A stretch of DNA of 64,000 nt from an uncultured Methanomicrobiales archaeon (GTDB taxonomy: Archaea > Halobacteriota > Methanomicrobia > Methanomicrobiales > Methanospirillaceae). Numbering within the stretch: the stretch's first letter is position 1; the number at the start of each line of letters is the position of its first letter. Shown piece after piece: positions 40,088 to 49,889 of this stretch. The translations under genes and the position numbers were made by a program. The notes beneath the pieces were generated by a model. It did not search any database. It saw only the letters and a list, made by a program, of their open reading frames with translations, and was not told the origin of the DNA. The DNA is taken from NCBI GenBank assembly GCA_963697895.1, contig OY969100.1, forward strand, positions 1,376,001 through 1,440,000, given 5' to 3'.

Positions 40088-40864
40088 TCAGAGGCCCCGG
40101 ATCATAGACGATCGGGTGATCATACCGCACAACCTTCCGTTTGCGGTGACCGGGAGGGAGCTGATGTTCTTCGCGAGCATCAGGTCGATCACATCGGGGA
40201 TCTTTGCATCGGAGCTGATCGAAACAAACGGGCTGCTCATGATATCTTTCACGAGAAGGTTCCGGACACGGTTCTCCTGGTGTCTCCCTTCAACCAGTTC
40301 CCGGAACCGCTTCATGGCGATCGCCACATCGGTCTCGGTCACAATCCCGATTGCCTGATCTTTTTCGGTCACGACGAACCGGCTGATGCAGTCGTCGAGC
40401 ATTCTCCGCCGGAGATGGACCACGCGCTCCTCGACGTCGATCGTGCAGATCGGCTCCATCATATCCTCGATATTCCCACCCGGCTGGTACTTCCGGAGGA
40501 GGTCTGCTGCCGTTACCTGACCGATGAGCCGGTGTTCCGAATCATAGACGACAACCAGTTTGTAATGCTGGAGAAGCGGGACGAGAACATCGAGATCCTG
40601 GTCCGGATACACCGTGGTGAAATCCTCCTCTACGGAATTGGCCACATGGATGGATGTGGGGGATACGACGGAGTTCTTTCGGGTCCCGAGTTTCTCCGCT
40701 ATCGCCATGCGGGAGACGGTACCCACTACGGTGTTATTGTGCGTGACGATCAGCGGATCGATCCCTTCATCGATCATTTTGTCAAGCGCCTCGGTTAGCA
40801 ACGCCGATTTGGCGATGGTGACCGGTTTTGACATAATATCCTTGATAATTAATTCACCCTTCAT
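40088..40864 (-). CDS. CBS domain protein (four CBS repeats)
   Basis: IKDIMSKP, GIVTETD, ISSLPV...GMITRS repeats. Confidence 0.92.
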   Translation of the reverse strand: MKGELIIKDIMSKPVTIAKSALLTEALDKMIDEGIDPLIVTHNNTVVGTVSRMAIAEKLGTRKNSVVSPTSIHVANSVEEDFTTVYPDQDLDVLVPLLQHYKLVVVYDSEHRLIGQVTAADLLRKYQPGGNIEDMMEPICTIDVEERVVHLRRRMLDDCISRFVVTEKDQAIGIVTETDVAIAMKRFRELVEGRHQENRVRNLLVKDIMSSPFVSISSDAKIPDVIDLMLAKNISSLPVTANGRLCGMITRSSMIRGL

Positions 40865-41700
40865 TGTGCCACTTTCCGTATGATATCATCCCGCTTAACA
40901 ATTCCCTTGATTTCGTCCTTCTCCATCACGACCACACTGTTGATCTGGTGATCGCGCATAAGACCGACCGCATCCCGGATCGGGAGATCCGCTTTGCAGG
41001 TGATCACCGGGCGGCTCATCAGATCCTCGGCTATCGCTGACATGTCGAGGACATACCGGAATCCCTTCCGGCCACCAGCCTCCTCCTTCCTGAGCATGGT
41101 CACTTCCTTCTCCGGGAGACTCAATTTGTCATCCTGGTACTGATAAAATGCCAGGTTGCTCTCCGTTATAATCCCTGCAAGCGTCGCATTATCATTCACG
41201 ACCACGACCTTGTCATCCCGTTCGATCATCGTGTCGATCACATGCGCGAGAGAATGGAGGCGGCTGACGGTTACCACATCTTCCATGATATCGGATACTT
41301 TCCCTGAAAGCTGTTTGACTGCGGTAGACTGCATTACATCCGATTTGGTAACGATTCCGACGACCTCCCCGGTATCGACCACGGGAAGCCCGCTGATCTG
41401 ATGATCGATCATCAGGGCGGCAATCTCACGGATGCTTGAGTCCGGATAGGCACAGATCGGATCTTTTGTCATAAAAAGGCTGACCGGGATGTGATCTATC
41501 GGACGACGTCTCCACATCGGCTCACTCTGACGAAGCCGGTATCCGATATCTTTTTTGGTTATTATACCGACCAGCTGGTTGTTTTCTATGACCAGCAGGC
41601 GGGAGATCCGGTGTTTAAGCATGAGATGTCTTGCATGAGCGACATTCTCCGCCGGCGTCACGATATAGATCGGGCTTGTCATCACGTCTGATGCTTTCAT
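40861..41700 (-). CDS. CBS domain protein (four CBS repeats)
   Basis: ASDVMT, ISRLLV...GIITKKD, ISGLPVVD...GIVTKSD. Confidence 0.92.
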   Translation of the reverse strand: MKASDVMTSPIYIVTPAENVAHARHLMLKHRISRLLVIENNQLVGIITKKDIGYRLRQSEPMWRRRPIDHIPVSLFMTKDPICAYPDSSIREIAALMIDHQISGLPVVDTGEVVGIVTKSDVMQSTAVKQLSGKVSDIMEDVVTVSRLHSLAHVIDTMIERDDKVVVVNDNATLAGIITESNLAFYQYQDDKLSLPEKEVTMLRKEEAGGRKGFRYVLDMSAIAEDLMSRPVITCKADLPIRDAVGLMRDHQINSVVVMEKDEIKGIVKRDDIIRKVAQ

Positions 41701-41706
41701 CGCTGT

Positions 41707-42648
41707 TCACTCCTCCGAGAGCGCTTTTACAAGATCGAACTCAGTTACCAGTCCGATCAGGCGGGTATCTTCAATGACCGGTAATGCCCCGACGTTTTTA
41801 TCGAGCATTTCCCGTGCAGCCTCGTAGACCGTCCGATCTGCCGTCGTCGTGTGCAGGTTCCCTGTAACAAGGAGCCGGATCGGGAGCCCCATCACCTCTG
41901 CGACATCCCCGGTGACCAGCTGATCGAACACCTGACCGGTCCCGAGGTACTTCATCACATCAGTCGTGGTGATAATGCCATACAGAACCTCATCGGATAC
42001 GACCGGGAGCCTCCGGAACCGGTGCTCGGTCATCTCCCTTGTCACGGTCCCAATCGGGCTGTCCGGGGCAGTCACCCGGAGTCTGGTACTCATCACGTCC
42101 TCGACGCTTAAACGGCTCTTCTCCAGGGCCAGTACCCTCATAACATCCCGTTCGGTAACGATTCCGACCAGGGTCTCCGCCTCGTCCACGATCGGTATTC
42201 CTCCGATCTTTTTCCCGACAATGATCTCCACTACATCGGCAATACCCGAACGATGCGAAAGGGAGGTCAGTTTCTGCGTCATTATGCTTCGAACGCTCTC
42301 ATTAATCGCAGCGAGAAGATTCCCGTCGTGCTTTACCTGAACGAGGTTGAACTTGTCGCCTCCTCCCATGAAATTGATCACGTCACCTGATGTGACGATC
42401 CCCCTCAGTTTCCTGCTTCCGGCGTCGACCACCGGGAGCCGGCGGAACCCTTCCCGGGTCATTGTTTCGATCGCACCAAGAATGGTCGTACTCGGGGGTA
42501 CGGAGATCACGTCACGCGTTGCGAGCGCCATGATCTCCCCCTCCTGCTCGACGATATGGGATTTGAAATCCACCGGGCCTCTGTCCATTTTTCCCGGCAT
42601 TTTCAGGAGTTTATCCGCCTGTTTGATCTTCCGGTCATTTTGATGCAT
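41707..42648 (-). CDS. CBS domain protein (four CBS repeats)
   Basis: FRRLPVV (twice), IGGIPIVD, VGALPVIE, each followed by a GIV/ITxxD-type motif. Confidence 0.92.
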   Translation of the reverse strand: MHQNDRKIKQADKLLKMPGKMDRGPVDFKSHIVEQEGEIMALATRDVISVPPSTTILGAIETMTREGFRRLPVVDAGSRKLRGIVTSGDVINFMGGGDKFNLVQVKHDGNLLAAINESVRSIMTQKLTSLSHRSGIADVVEIIVGKKIGGIPIVDEAETLVGIVTERDVMRVLALEKSRLSVEDVMSTRLRVTAPDSPIGTVTREMTEHRFRRLPVVSDEVLYGIITTTDVMKYLGTGQVFDQLVTGDVAEVMGLPIRLLVTGNLHTTTADRTVYEAAREMLDKNVGALPVIEDTRLIGLVTEFDLVKALSEE

Positions 42649-42701
42649 TAAATCAACACTTCCTCTATTTTCCTGTCAGATAATGGGAAAATCATTGTAT
42701 A

Positions 42702-42713
42702 TTGAATATTCAA
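42702..42713. promoter_or_regulatory. Perfect 12-bp palindrome in the intergenic gap within the CBS cluster
   Basis: TTGAATATTCAA about 55 bp upstream of the ATG at 42648. Confidence 0.35.
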
Positions 42714-42780
42714 CATGATGTTCAGCCCCGGGGAATCCACGTGTGCTTTTGGACCCGGGAGAGGGGTCTTCTGTCATACC

Positions 42781-43530
42781 CTATGTAAGCCCCTTAAGGA
42801 CGTCATGGCGGTCGATAACCCCCACCAGAACCCCGTTCTCGACAACCGGCAGAATACTGATGTCGTGAGTTGCCATCAGTTTTGCTGCTGAACCCACCGG
42901 TTCATCGGGGCCGATCGTGAACATCTGCTTGGTCATCACCGTCTCAACCAATATATTTCCGGAGTTTTCAAGGGCAGATCGGAGACGTCCTTCCCGGAGC
43001 AGATCCCGGCGGGAAATGATACCGACCAGCCGTCTCTTTTTCATCACCGGAAAAACCGTAAACCCGCTCTCAACGATCAGGCCGAAAATTTTCTGGATGG
43101 TGTCGTCTGCAGAACAGGTTACCGGTTTTTTTGTCATACTGTCCGATACGGTCCCTTTGAGTTCCCGCCGGGTTATGATCACCGGGAACAGTTCCGAAAG
43201 GAGTACGCCTCCCAGGATCTGCAGTTGCTTATCGACGACCGGAGCACTATCCGTTTTACCATCCCGCATGGACCGGACGACGTCTTCGATTTCATCATCG
43301 GAATGTGCCGGTATCACCTCGTGCAGGAACCCTTCGACCGTCACATTGGATTTTGTCGCCGTAATACGAAGTACATCAGTGATATCGATATACCCGAGGA
43401 GTTTCTTTTTCCCATCGTGCACATAGATCTCCCGGTACACATCATCCCGCAGGATCTGTCTCGCACGGGTTACCGGGTCATTATATTTGAGCAGTGGAAT
43501 GTCGATCAGGAAGTCTGATACGAGTTTCAT
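42781..43530 (-). CDS. CBS domain protein (four CBS repeats)
   Basis: GYIDITD, FPVM...GIISRRD, ISILPVV...GVIDRHD. Confidence 0.9.
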   Translation of the reverse strand: MKLVSDFLIDIPLLKYNDPVTRARQILRDDVYREIYVHDGKKKLLGYIDITDVLRITATKSNVTVEGFLHEVIPAHSDDEIEDVVRSMRDGKTDSAPVVDKQLQILGGVLLSELFPVIITRRELKGTVSDSMTKKPVTCSADDTIQKIFGLIVESGFTVFPVMKKRRLVGIISRRDLLREGRLRSALENSGNILVETVMTKQMFTIGPDEPVGSAAKLMATHDISILPVVENGVLVGVIDRHDVLKGLT

Positions 43531-44093
43531 TGGAGAAATTCCTCCTCGCGGCAGGATGGGCAGAGCATCACATTGTCGATCCGCCGGAGATCATCCGACA
43601 TCTGACCGCACCGGTTACACATGCCGACTTCGACAAGGTCTTCACGGTTGATCTCGATCAGGTCGGTCATCAGTTCATTGATCTCTGTGGATATCGTAAG
43701 GATATCACGAACCGTAACTATCCCGATGACTTTCAGGTTCTCATCCACCACGGGAAGCCTTCGGACCCGGTGCTTTGTCATCATGTGCGCAGCGTCCCCC
43801 ACCGTTTTATCAGCCTCGATAGTGATCAGCGGGGTACTCATAATCTCGCTGACATGGACTGAACCCGGTTTTTTGTCCTTGGCGACTATCTTACAATTAA
43901 TGTCTTCTTCTGTCACGATACCGATCGGCAGGTGATTCCGGAGAACAATACAACTCCCGACTTCGTCCCGGCACATCGTCATGGCTGCCTTGGCAACCGT
44001 CGCGTCGTGACCGATGGTCGTAGGATTCCTCCGCATAATCTCCTTCAGTGGCACGCGGGTCTCGAAACGGATTGAATCAGAGGTTTTTTTCAC
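43527..44093 (-). CDS. CBS pair protein with C-terminal zinc ribbon
   Basis: GIVTEED, VRRLPVVD; C-terminal CNRC...CPSC. Confidence 0.92.
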   Translation of the reverse strand: MKKTSDSIRFETRVPLKEIMRRNPTTIGHDATVAKAAMTMCRDEVGSCIVLRNHLPIGIVTEEDINCKIVAKDKKPGSVHVSEIMSTPLITIEADKTVGDAAHMMTKHRVRRLPVVDENLKVIGIVTVRDILTISTEINELMTDLIEINREDLVEVGMCNRCGQMSDDLRRIDNVMLCPSCREEEFLQ

Positions 44094-44132
44094 CAGATCA
44101 CCCCCATATGCGCGCTTTCTGCTATGGGTGAA

Positions 44133-44152
44133 TACAGTTTACACTTACTGTA
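44133..44152. promoter_or_regulatory. 6-8-6 inverted repeat just downstream of a minus-strand TATA-like box of the CBS operon
   Basis: TACAGT-TTACACTT-ACTGTA; TTTATATT on the minus strand near 44160-44167. Confidence 0.4.
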
Positions 44153-44322
44153 AGCCATCAATATAAAAGAATTGGTCTATATATAACCTCCCCGATGGCC
44201 GGGGGCACGCATATTTTTTCATAAAAAACCTAATAAACGTGTATTTCATAGTGTTATATGTAATCGCTCCGGCACTCCCGGGAACCCATGGGGAGAATCG
44301 TCGGGGCGGTCCGGGGTGCAGG

Positions 44323-44964
44323 ATGGATATTTTCGGTCAGACAAAAAATACCTTTTCGCGATTTTTGGCGGCCTTTTTCAAGAAAAGGCGTTCACGAATC
44401 GGTATATATGGTCCTCCCAACTCGGGGAAGACCACTCTGGCAAACAGGATCGCCCGGGACTGGACCGGCGAAGAAGTGGGACTGGTGAGCGAGGTCCCTC
44501 ATGAAACACGCCGTGCATTGAGAAAACAGGATATCTGCATCACGGGAAACAACGGGAACACCATCACGATCGATATCGTCGACACGCCGGGCGTTACCAC
44601 GAAGATCGATTATAAGGAGTTCCTTGAATACGGCGTGGATCGTGACCAGGCGATCATCCGGGCACGGGAGGCGACGGAGGGCGTAGCCGAGGCGATGCAC
44701 TGGTTGCGGGAAGATATCGACGGGGTGATCTACATGCTCGATGCAACGCAGGATCCGTTCTTGCAGGTGAACATCATGATGATAGGGATCATCGAGAGCA
44801 GGCATCTCCCGATCATCATCGTTGCAAACAAGATTGACCTGCCCGATGCCTCTCCGCAGCGGATCCGGAACGCGTTCCCCCAGCATCCGGTCATTCCCAT
44901 ATCATGCCTGGAGGGCAAGAACATTGAAGATCTCTATGAAAAAATGGTGTACAATTTCCGGTGA
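44323..44964 (+). CDS. oapA: Small Era-like GTPase OapA/ArvA
   Basis: RIGIYGPPNSGKTTLANRIARDW, PHETR, DTPG, ANKID; followed by OapB- and OapC-like genes. Confidence 0.9.
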   Translation: MDIFGQTKNTFSRFLAAFFKKRRSRIGIYGPPNSGKTTLANRIARDWTGEEVGLVSEVPHETRRALRKQDICITGNNGNTITIDIVDTPGVTTKIDYKEFLEYGVDRDQAIIRAREATEGVAEAMHWLREDIDGVIYMLDATQDPFLQVNIMMIGIIESRHLPIIIVANKIDLPDASPQRIRNAFPQHPVIPISCLEGKNIEDLYEKMVYNFR

Positions 44965-44970
44965 AGAACG

Positions 44971-45330
44971 ATGATCGAGGGTGTGCAGATAGACCTCATC
45001 TCGGAGGAACGGCTTTCGAAGCTGACATCGATGGAAAAGATACGCCTGATACTCGACGATGTGCGTCAGGGGACGATCGTCATCCTCGAGAAAGGCCTTG
45101 CCCCCGATGAGCAGAGCAGCCTGATTGAAATGACGATGCGGGAGATATTCCCAGATGGCTTTAATGGCATCGAGATCGAGACGTATCCCGCACGGGAAGA
45201 AGGATCATTTCTCGCACGTCTCCTCGGACGGGTTCCGGAGTCCCGGATGACGGTGATCGGCCCGGCAAACCAGTTGAAGATGATCAGAAAGGACCGGGAT
45301 CTGATCAGTGCATGGGTTTCTTCACGGTGA
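44971..45330 (+). CDS. oapB: DUF2073 family protein OapB/ArvB
   Basis: SMEKIRLILD, LEKGLAPDE, GIEIETYP, TVIGPANQ. Confidence 0.88.
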   Translation: MIEGVQIDLISEERLSKLTSMEKIRLILDDVRQGTIVILEKGLAPDEQSSLIEMTMREIFPDGFNGIEIETYPAREEGSFLARLLGRVPESRMTVIGPANQLKMIRKDRDLISAWVSSR

Positions 45331-45333
45331 GAT

Positions 45334-45717
45334 ATGCCGCATCAGTGTGTGAAATGTGGAAAAGAATATAAAGTGGCCTCCCTGGTGGTTTTAAAAGGGT
45401 GTGAGATCTGTGGAGGAAAAAAATTCCTCTTTGTTACCGACCGGCCACAACGGGAGATGGATGAATCCATAGAGAAGCGGGAGATCAGTCCCCAAAAGAT
45501 GATCCCTCCTGAAGAGGAGGAGGATTCAGGTCAGGTTGTTGAAGATGGCGAACGGGTGGAGAGCGTCCGGATTGTTTCACCCGGGACCTATGAACTGAAT
45601 ATTGCAAAGATGGCCGAGAGTGATGACCGGGTCGTACGAATCGGTAAGGCGGGAAGCTATATGGTCGATCTCCACTCCATGGTGAAAGCCCGGAGAAAGA
45701 AACAATCCCAGAAATGA
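45334..45717 (+). CDS. oapC: Zinc-ribbon protein OapC/ArvC (DUF2072)
   Basis: MPHQCVKCG...LKGCEICGGKKF, ESVRIVSPGTYELN. Confidence 0.88.
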   Translation: MPHQCVKCGKEYKVASLVVLKGCEICGGKKFLFVTDRPQREMDESIEKREISPQKMIPPEEEEDSGQVVEDGERVESVRIVSPGTYELNIAKMAESDDRVVRIGKAGSYMVDLHSMVKARRKKQSQK

Positions 45718-45892
45718 TGATTTATTATCCCTTTTTTAAACTCGTTGTCCTTCCATAAAAAAGGGGGAAGAATTCATCCCGGATCTTCATCATCCTTACC
45801 TGGACTGGCCGATCAAACACCGTGGAACGAGCTGTGGTCCCGCTCCTCCGAAATAACGGAGGTTAACAGACAGGCATTTCATTCTGATGGAA

Positions 45893-45905
45893 AAAAGCTA
45901 AAAAA
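45893..45905 (-). terminator. Oligo-T terminator after the SUI1 gene
   Basis: TTTTTTAGCTTTTTT on the minus strand immediately after the stop. Confidence 0.5.
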
Positions 45906-46211
45906 TTAACTGATATTATCAACGCTGTAACCTTTATCGGCTAATAGTTCTTTCACGCGCTCCCGATGGTTCCCCTGGAGTTCTATAGAATTCCCCTTGA
46001 CCGTTCCCCCACAGGCGAGTTTCCCTTTCATAAATTTTGAAAGATCTTCGAGATCAATATCGGTCGGATCCAGTCCTTCGATGACCGTTACTTCCTTCCC
46101 GTACCGCCGTTTATTCACCTTGACATTGATCCTCTGCTGCTCCTTTGCTACCTCCTCACAGATGCACAATTCTTTAGGTAATCCACAGGTTGGACATATC
46201 CCACCATTCAT
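45906..46211 (-). CDS. Translation initiation factor aIF1 / SUI1 (YciH) family
   Basis: [37 protein letters not shown]. Confidence 0.95.
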   Translation of the reverse strand: MNGGICPTCGLPKELCICEEVAKEQQRINVKVNKRRYGKEVTVIEGLDPTDIDLEDLSKFMKGKLACGGTVKGNSIELQGNHRERVKELLADKGYSVDNIS

Positions 46212-46364
46212 TACATGTACCTTCAAGGTCTCGTTATATATTTGTTCGCATGAATGGAGGGCTCTCTGAAGATTACTCCCCCGGAACGCCCATGATATTC
46301 CGTTCGTCGGCCCCGACCGGGGGTCCGGGAACGGGTAGGGTAGTTGCAATCCAGGTTTCTACCG

Positions 46365-48030
46365 CTACGACCCGGTCTCTGGCAGGACGTTGTCCAAACG
46401 GCAGGTATCGCACCCGCTGGAGATGACCTGATCTGCCTTGCTGTTATACCGGTAAACCGTGATCCCTTTACATCCCAGCTCCCGTGCAAAGGAAAAAATT
46501 CTGCATATCTCCTCCGGAGTGGTGTTTTCCGGAACATTCACCGTTTTTGAAACGGCATTGTCCACATGCTTCTGCACGGTGGCCTGCATGCGAACATGAA
46601 ATTCCGGCTGGATCTCAGCGGCCGTCCTGAGTAGTTCCTTCTTATCCTCCGGGATCGGGAGATCCTGGACACTCCCCGTCGCCCGGATGTGTGCAAGCAT
46701 GTCGACTCCGCCGCCTTCGGATTTCACCAGTGCTTTCACAACCGGGTGGACCATCACAATGGGAGTTCCGGTGATGGACCGCCGGATAACGAGGGAGAAT
46801 ATAGGTTCGATGCCGCTGCTGGTGCAGGCAATCAGGTGCAGTGAGCCGGTCGGAGCCACCGTGGTCACCGTTGCGTTCCTCATATCTCCGCTATAGATGC
46901 TCTGCCCGATCGCAGGAAACGACCCCAGCTCCGCCCCGAGTTCCCGGGACCTTTCATGTGCCTCCTCCTGAATGAAGCCCATGATCCGGTCGCAGAGGGA
47001 AAGGGCTTCCTTTGACTCATACGGGATACCGAGCTGGACGAACGCATCTGCCAGGCCCATGACACCGAGACCGATCTTCCGGGTCAGGAGGGTTTTCTCC
47101 CCTATTGCCGGAACAGGAAACCGGTTGACATCGATGACCGCATCAAGAAATTCCACCGCGAGCCTGACGATCGAACGGAGCAGATCATAATCCAGCTCGT
47201 CTTTGCCGATGCACCGGGCGAGATTGATGCTTCCCAGATTGCAACTTTCGTACGGGAGCAAAGGCTGTTCCCCGCAGGGATTGGTCGCCTCGATCTGGCC
47301 GAGACCGGGAACCGTATTTTTCGCATTGATCGTATCGAGGAAGAGTACCCCGGGATCTCCCGTCCGCCATGCCGCCTCGCCGAGGGTCTGCCACAGGGAG
47401 AGCGGGTCAATACAGCCCCAGGTCCTCCCATCTCGGGGGTTGATAAGTTCATACGCTTCCCCCCGTTCGAGGCACCGGAAGAAGAATTCATCAAACCCGA
47501 CTGACAGGTTGAAGTTCTGCAGTCCGCCATCCTGTTTGCTCGAGATGAATTCCATAATATCCGGGTGCGAGCTGGCTAAAACTCCCATATTTGCACCCCT
47601 TCGTTTCCCTCCCTGTTTCAACGCAGTTGTTGCTTCATTAAATACCTGGATGAAGGGGATTGGTCCGCTTGCAACCCCGTCTGTTCCCCGGTACACTATC
47701 CCCACGGGGGCGAAGATGCGAGAAGGAAAACCCGGTCCCTCCACCACTCTGATGGATTCTGGCCATATGGGAAAGGGTGGTAAATATACTCTCGATCGAA
47801 TCTTCCACGGGAAGCACAAAACAAGCGGAAAGCTGTCCTATCGGCGCACCGGCGTTCATGAGTGTGGGGGAATTCGGGAGAAACCTGAGTGCTTCCATCA
47901 TCTCCCGGAACTCGGCTGCTTTCCCGCGGTCTACGGCCTCTGCCACCCGGGAGAACATTCCCTCGGGTGTTTCACCGGGCTGGAGATACCGGCTGGTGAG
48001 GAGTGCACGTGCCGTGACATTGAGCTGCAT
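46365..48030 (-). pseudogene. nrdJ: Adenosylcobalamin-dependent (class II) ribonucleotide reductase, split by a one-base frameshift near 47686-47691 (probably a sequencing error)
   Basis: [19 protein letters not shown] and GGGTG in the 5' ORF; QGGKRRGANM, TNPCGEQPL, CNLGS, TVAPTGS, KGITVYR and terminal CDTC in the 3' ORF. Confidence 0.9.
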
Positions 48031-48085
48031 ATGACATCCAGAAGGTACCTCTTTTATTTAAAATCCACCCCCATGATAGAGCTGC

Positions 48086-49555
48086 ATGTCATTGATGGTG
48101 GCCGGTACCGCCTCTCATGTCGGGAAAAGTACCGTGGTTGCGGCAATCTGCCGATCCCTTGCCCGTCGCGGATACCGGGTTGCACCGTTCAAGTCTCAGA
48201 ATATGAGTCTGAATTCGTTTGTGACGCGAGACGGCTGTGAAATTGGCATTGCCCAGGCCATCCAGGCAGAGGCTGCACAGGTTGAGCCGACCGCCGACAT
48301 GAACCCCGTCCTTCTGAAACCGAAAGGAGACCAGATCTCCCAGGTTGTTCTCCTGGGACATCCCTATCGTGATGTCCCGATCGCCGACTATTATCGGGAG
48401 ACCGATTTCCTGCTGAAAGAAGTGCTTGCCGCGGCATCCCGGCTGAAGGCGTCCTATGACCATATTATCATCGAGGGAGCAGGAGGAGCAGCCGAATTGA
48501 ACCTCTATACCCGCGATATCGCGAATATACGGCTTGCGAGGGCATTGATGCCCCCGATAATCCTGGTTGCGGATATAGAACGGGGGGGTGTTTTCGCACA
48601 GATTTATGGAACTATCGAGCTTCTGCCACCCGATCTGAAGGGACTTGTGCGGGGAGTGATCATCAATAAATTCAGGGGAGATCCAGCCATTTTCGAGGAT
48701 GGTATACGGGAGATCGAGCGATTGACTGGTATTCCCGTGCTCGGAGTTCTTCCTCATCTGGACATCCCGCTCCCGAGTGAAGACTCCCTTTCCCTCGCTG
48801 ATAAAAAATCGCAGAACGGGGAAGTCCGGATCGCGATCCTCAGGCACCCGCGGATCTCCAATTTCACTGATTTTGAGCTTCTCGAACGGTATACAGCGGT
48901 GGAATATGTTCCTTACGGCGCTCCTCTCGGGGGGTACGACTGTATCATTCTTCCCGGGACAAAAAATACCATAGATGATCTGAAACTGCTTATCTCCAGC
49001 GGTACGGCGGAGGCAATCCAACGGGCACGGTATAACAGGGTGCCGATCATCGGGATCTGCGGGGGATACCAGATGCTCGGCCGCCAGATCATCGATACCG
49101 GTGGCATCGAATCCGAGAGTGGTACATATCCCGGGCTCGGCCTTCTGGATGGCGTCACCCGATTTGAGCGGTATGAAAAATGTACCACCCAGGTCTCCCG
49201 TCGGGCTTCCCCGATACCGCCCATATTGTCAGGAATCGATAAGGTATCCGGATACGAGATCCATATGGGGTTTACTTCACGGGGAAAGGATCCGGAATCT
49301 TTTCAGGGTGAGGGGGCGGCGACCGCTGACGGCCTGGTATTTGGTACCTACATGCACGGTCTTTTTACCAATCTTTCCGCACTTGATGCCCTGCTCTCGT
49401 ACCTCTATGAAAGAAAAGGGCTGGTTTATAATCGGGCCGGTGAAAGGCCACGGAAAGACCCGTATGACATTCTTTCTTCAGAATTCGAGAAGAACGTGGA
49501 TATCGAAGCCATTATTTCTCTCTGTTCTTCCGGAAATCTGCAGGGATGCCCATAA
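48086..49555 (+). CDS. cobQ: Cobyric acid synthase
   Basis: [54 protein letters not shown]. Confidence 0.96.
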   Translation: MSLMVAGTASHVGKSTVVAAICRSLARRGYRVAPFKSQNMSLNSFVTRDGCEIGIAQAIQAEAAQVEPTADMNPVLLKPKGDQISQVVLLGHPYRDVPIADYYRETDFLLKEVLAAASRLKASYDHIIIEGAGGAAELNLYTRDIANIRLARALMPPIILVADIERGGVFAQIYGTIELLPPDLKGLVRGVIINKFRGDPAIFEDGIREIERLTGIPVLGVLPHLDIPLPSEDSLSLADKKSQNGEVRIAILRHPRISNFTDFELLERYTAVEYVPYGAPLGGYDCIILPGTKNTIDDLKLLISSGTAEAIQRARYNRVPIIGICGGYQMLGRQIIDTGGIESESGTYPGLGLLDGVTRFERYEKCTTQVSRRASPIPPILSGIDKVSGYEIHMGFTSRGKDPESFQGEGAATADGLVFGTYMHGLFTNLSALDALLSYLYERKGLVYNRAGERPRKDPYDILSSEFEKNVDIEAIISLCSSGNLQGCP

Positions 49556-49598
49556 TTCCTGCTTGTACCGGTTTTCCATCGAAATAAGAATCTGATGA

Positions 49599-49874
49599 TC
49601 AGCCGATCAGGTTCATGATGCTCCGGAACCCTTCGGATCTCCGGTCTCCGCACTTCACCGACTCGACACGGGCCAGGTCGACATTTTCTGTCGCCCTGTG
49701 GGCCACACAAAAGGCGAGCGCAGGCGATTTAACCCACTTTCCGTCCACCAGGAAATATCGGGAATGGACACAGAACCGGCAGTGTTCCAGGGTTTCGGCC
49801 TTTTCCTCAAGGCATTGAACACTTCCCTTCCTCACGGGGAGAATACGATACTGGTCTTCACTCATTCGGATCAC
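49599..49874 (-). CDS. Small Cys-rich hypothetical protein
   Basis: Five Cys including HCRFCVH; AGGAG-like site near the start; last gene of a co-oriented run. Confidence 0.7.
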   Translation of the reverse strand: MIRMSEDQYRILPVRKGSVQCLEEKAETLEHCRFCVHSRYFLVDGKWVKSPALAFCVAHRATENVDLARVESVKCGDRRSEGFRSIMNLIG

Positions 49875-49889
49875 TCCTGATGAAAAGGA

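Noticed and set aside
44100-44320. AT-rich region next to oapA as a replication origin
   Set aside because: Only a partial TTACACTT similarity to mini-ORB motifs, no repeated ORBs and no cdc6/orc1; explained by divergent promoters.
45796-45882. Short minus-strand ORF starting MKCLSV downstream of aIF1
   Set aside because: Under 30 codons, lies after a terminator-like T-tract, and has no supporting motif.
46212-46349. Upstream ORF-track extensions (aIF1 here; likewise folD, purC, purQ, fni, nadM, top6A and the 62352 ORF)
   Set aside because: They overlap promoters or neighbouring genes, and family similarity starts at downstream start codons, so starts were trimmed.
17067-48030. Programmed frameshifting or genome decay as a common cause of the cofC, rnj and nrdJ breaks
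   Set aside because: All three are single-base indels at short G/C runs in otherwise intact genes with no shared slippery motif, which is typical of assembly error.
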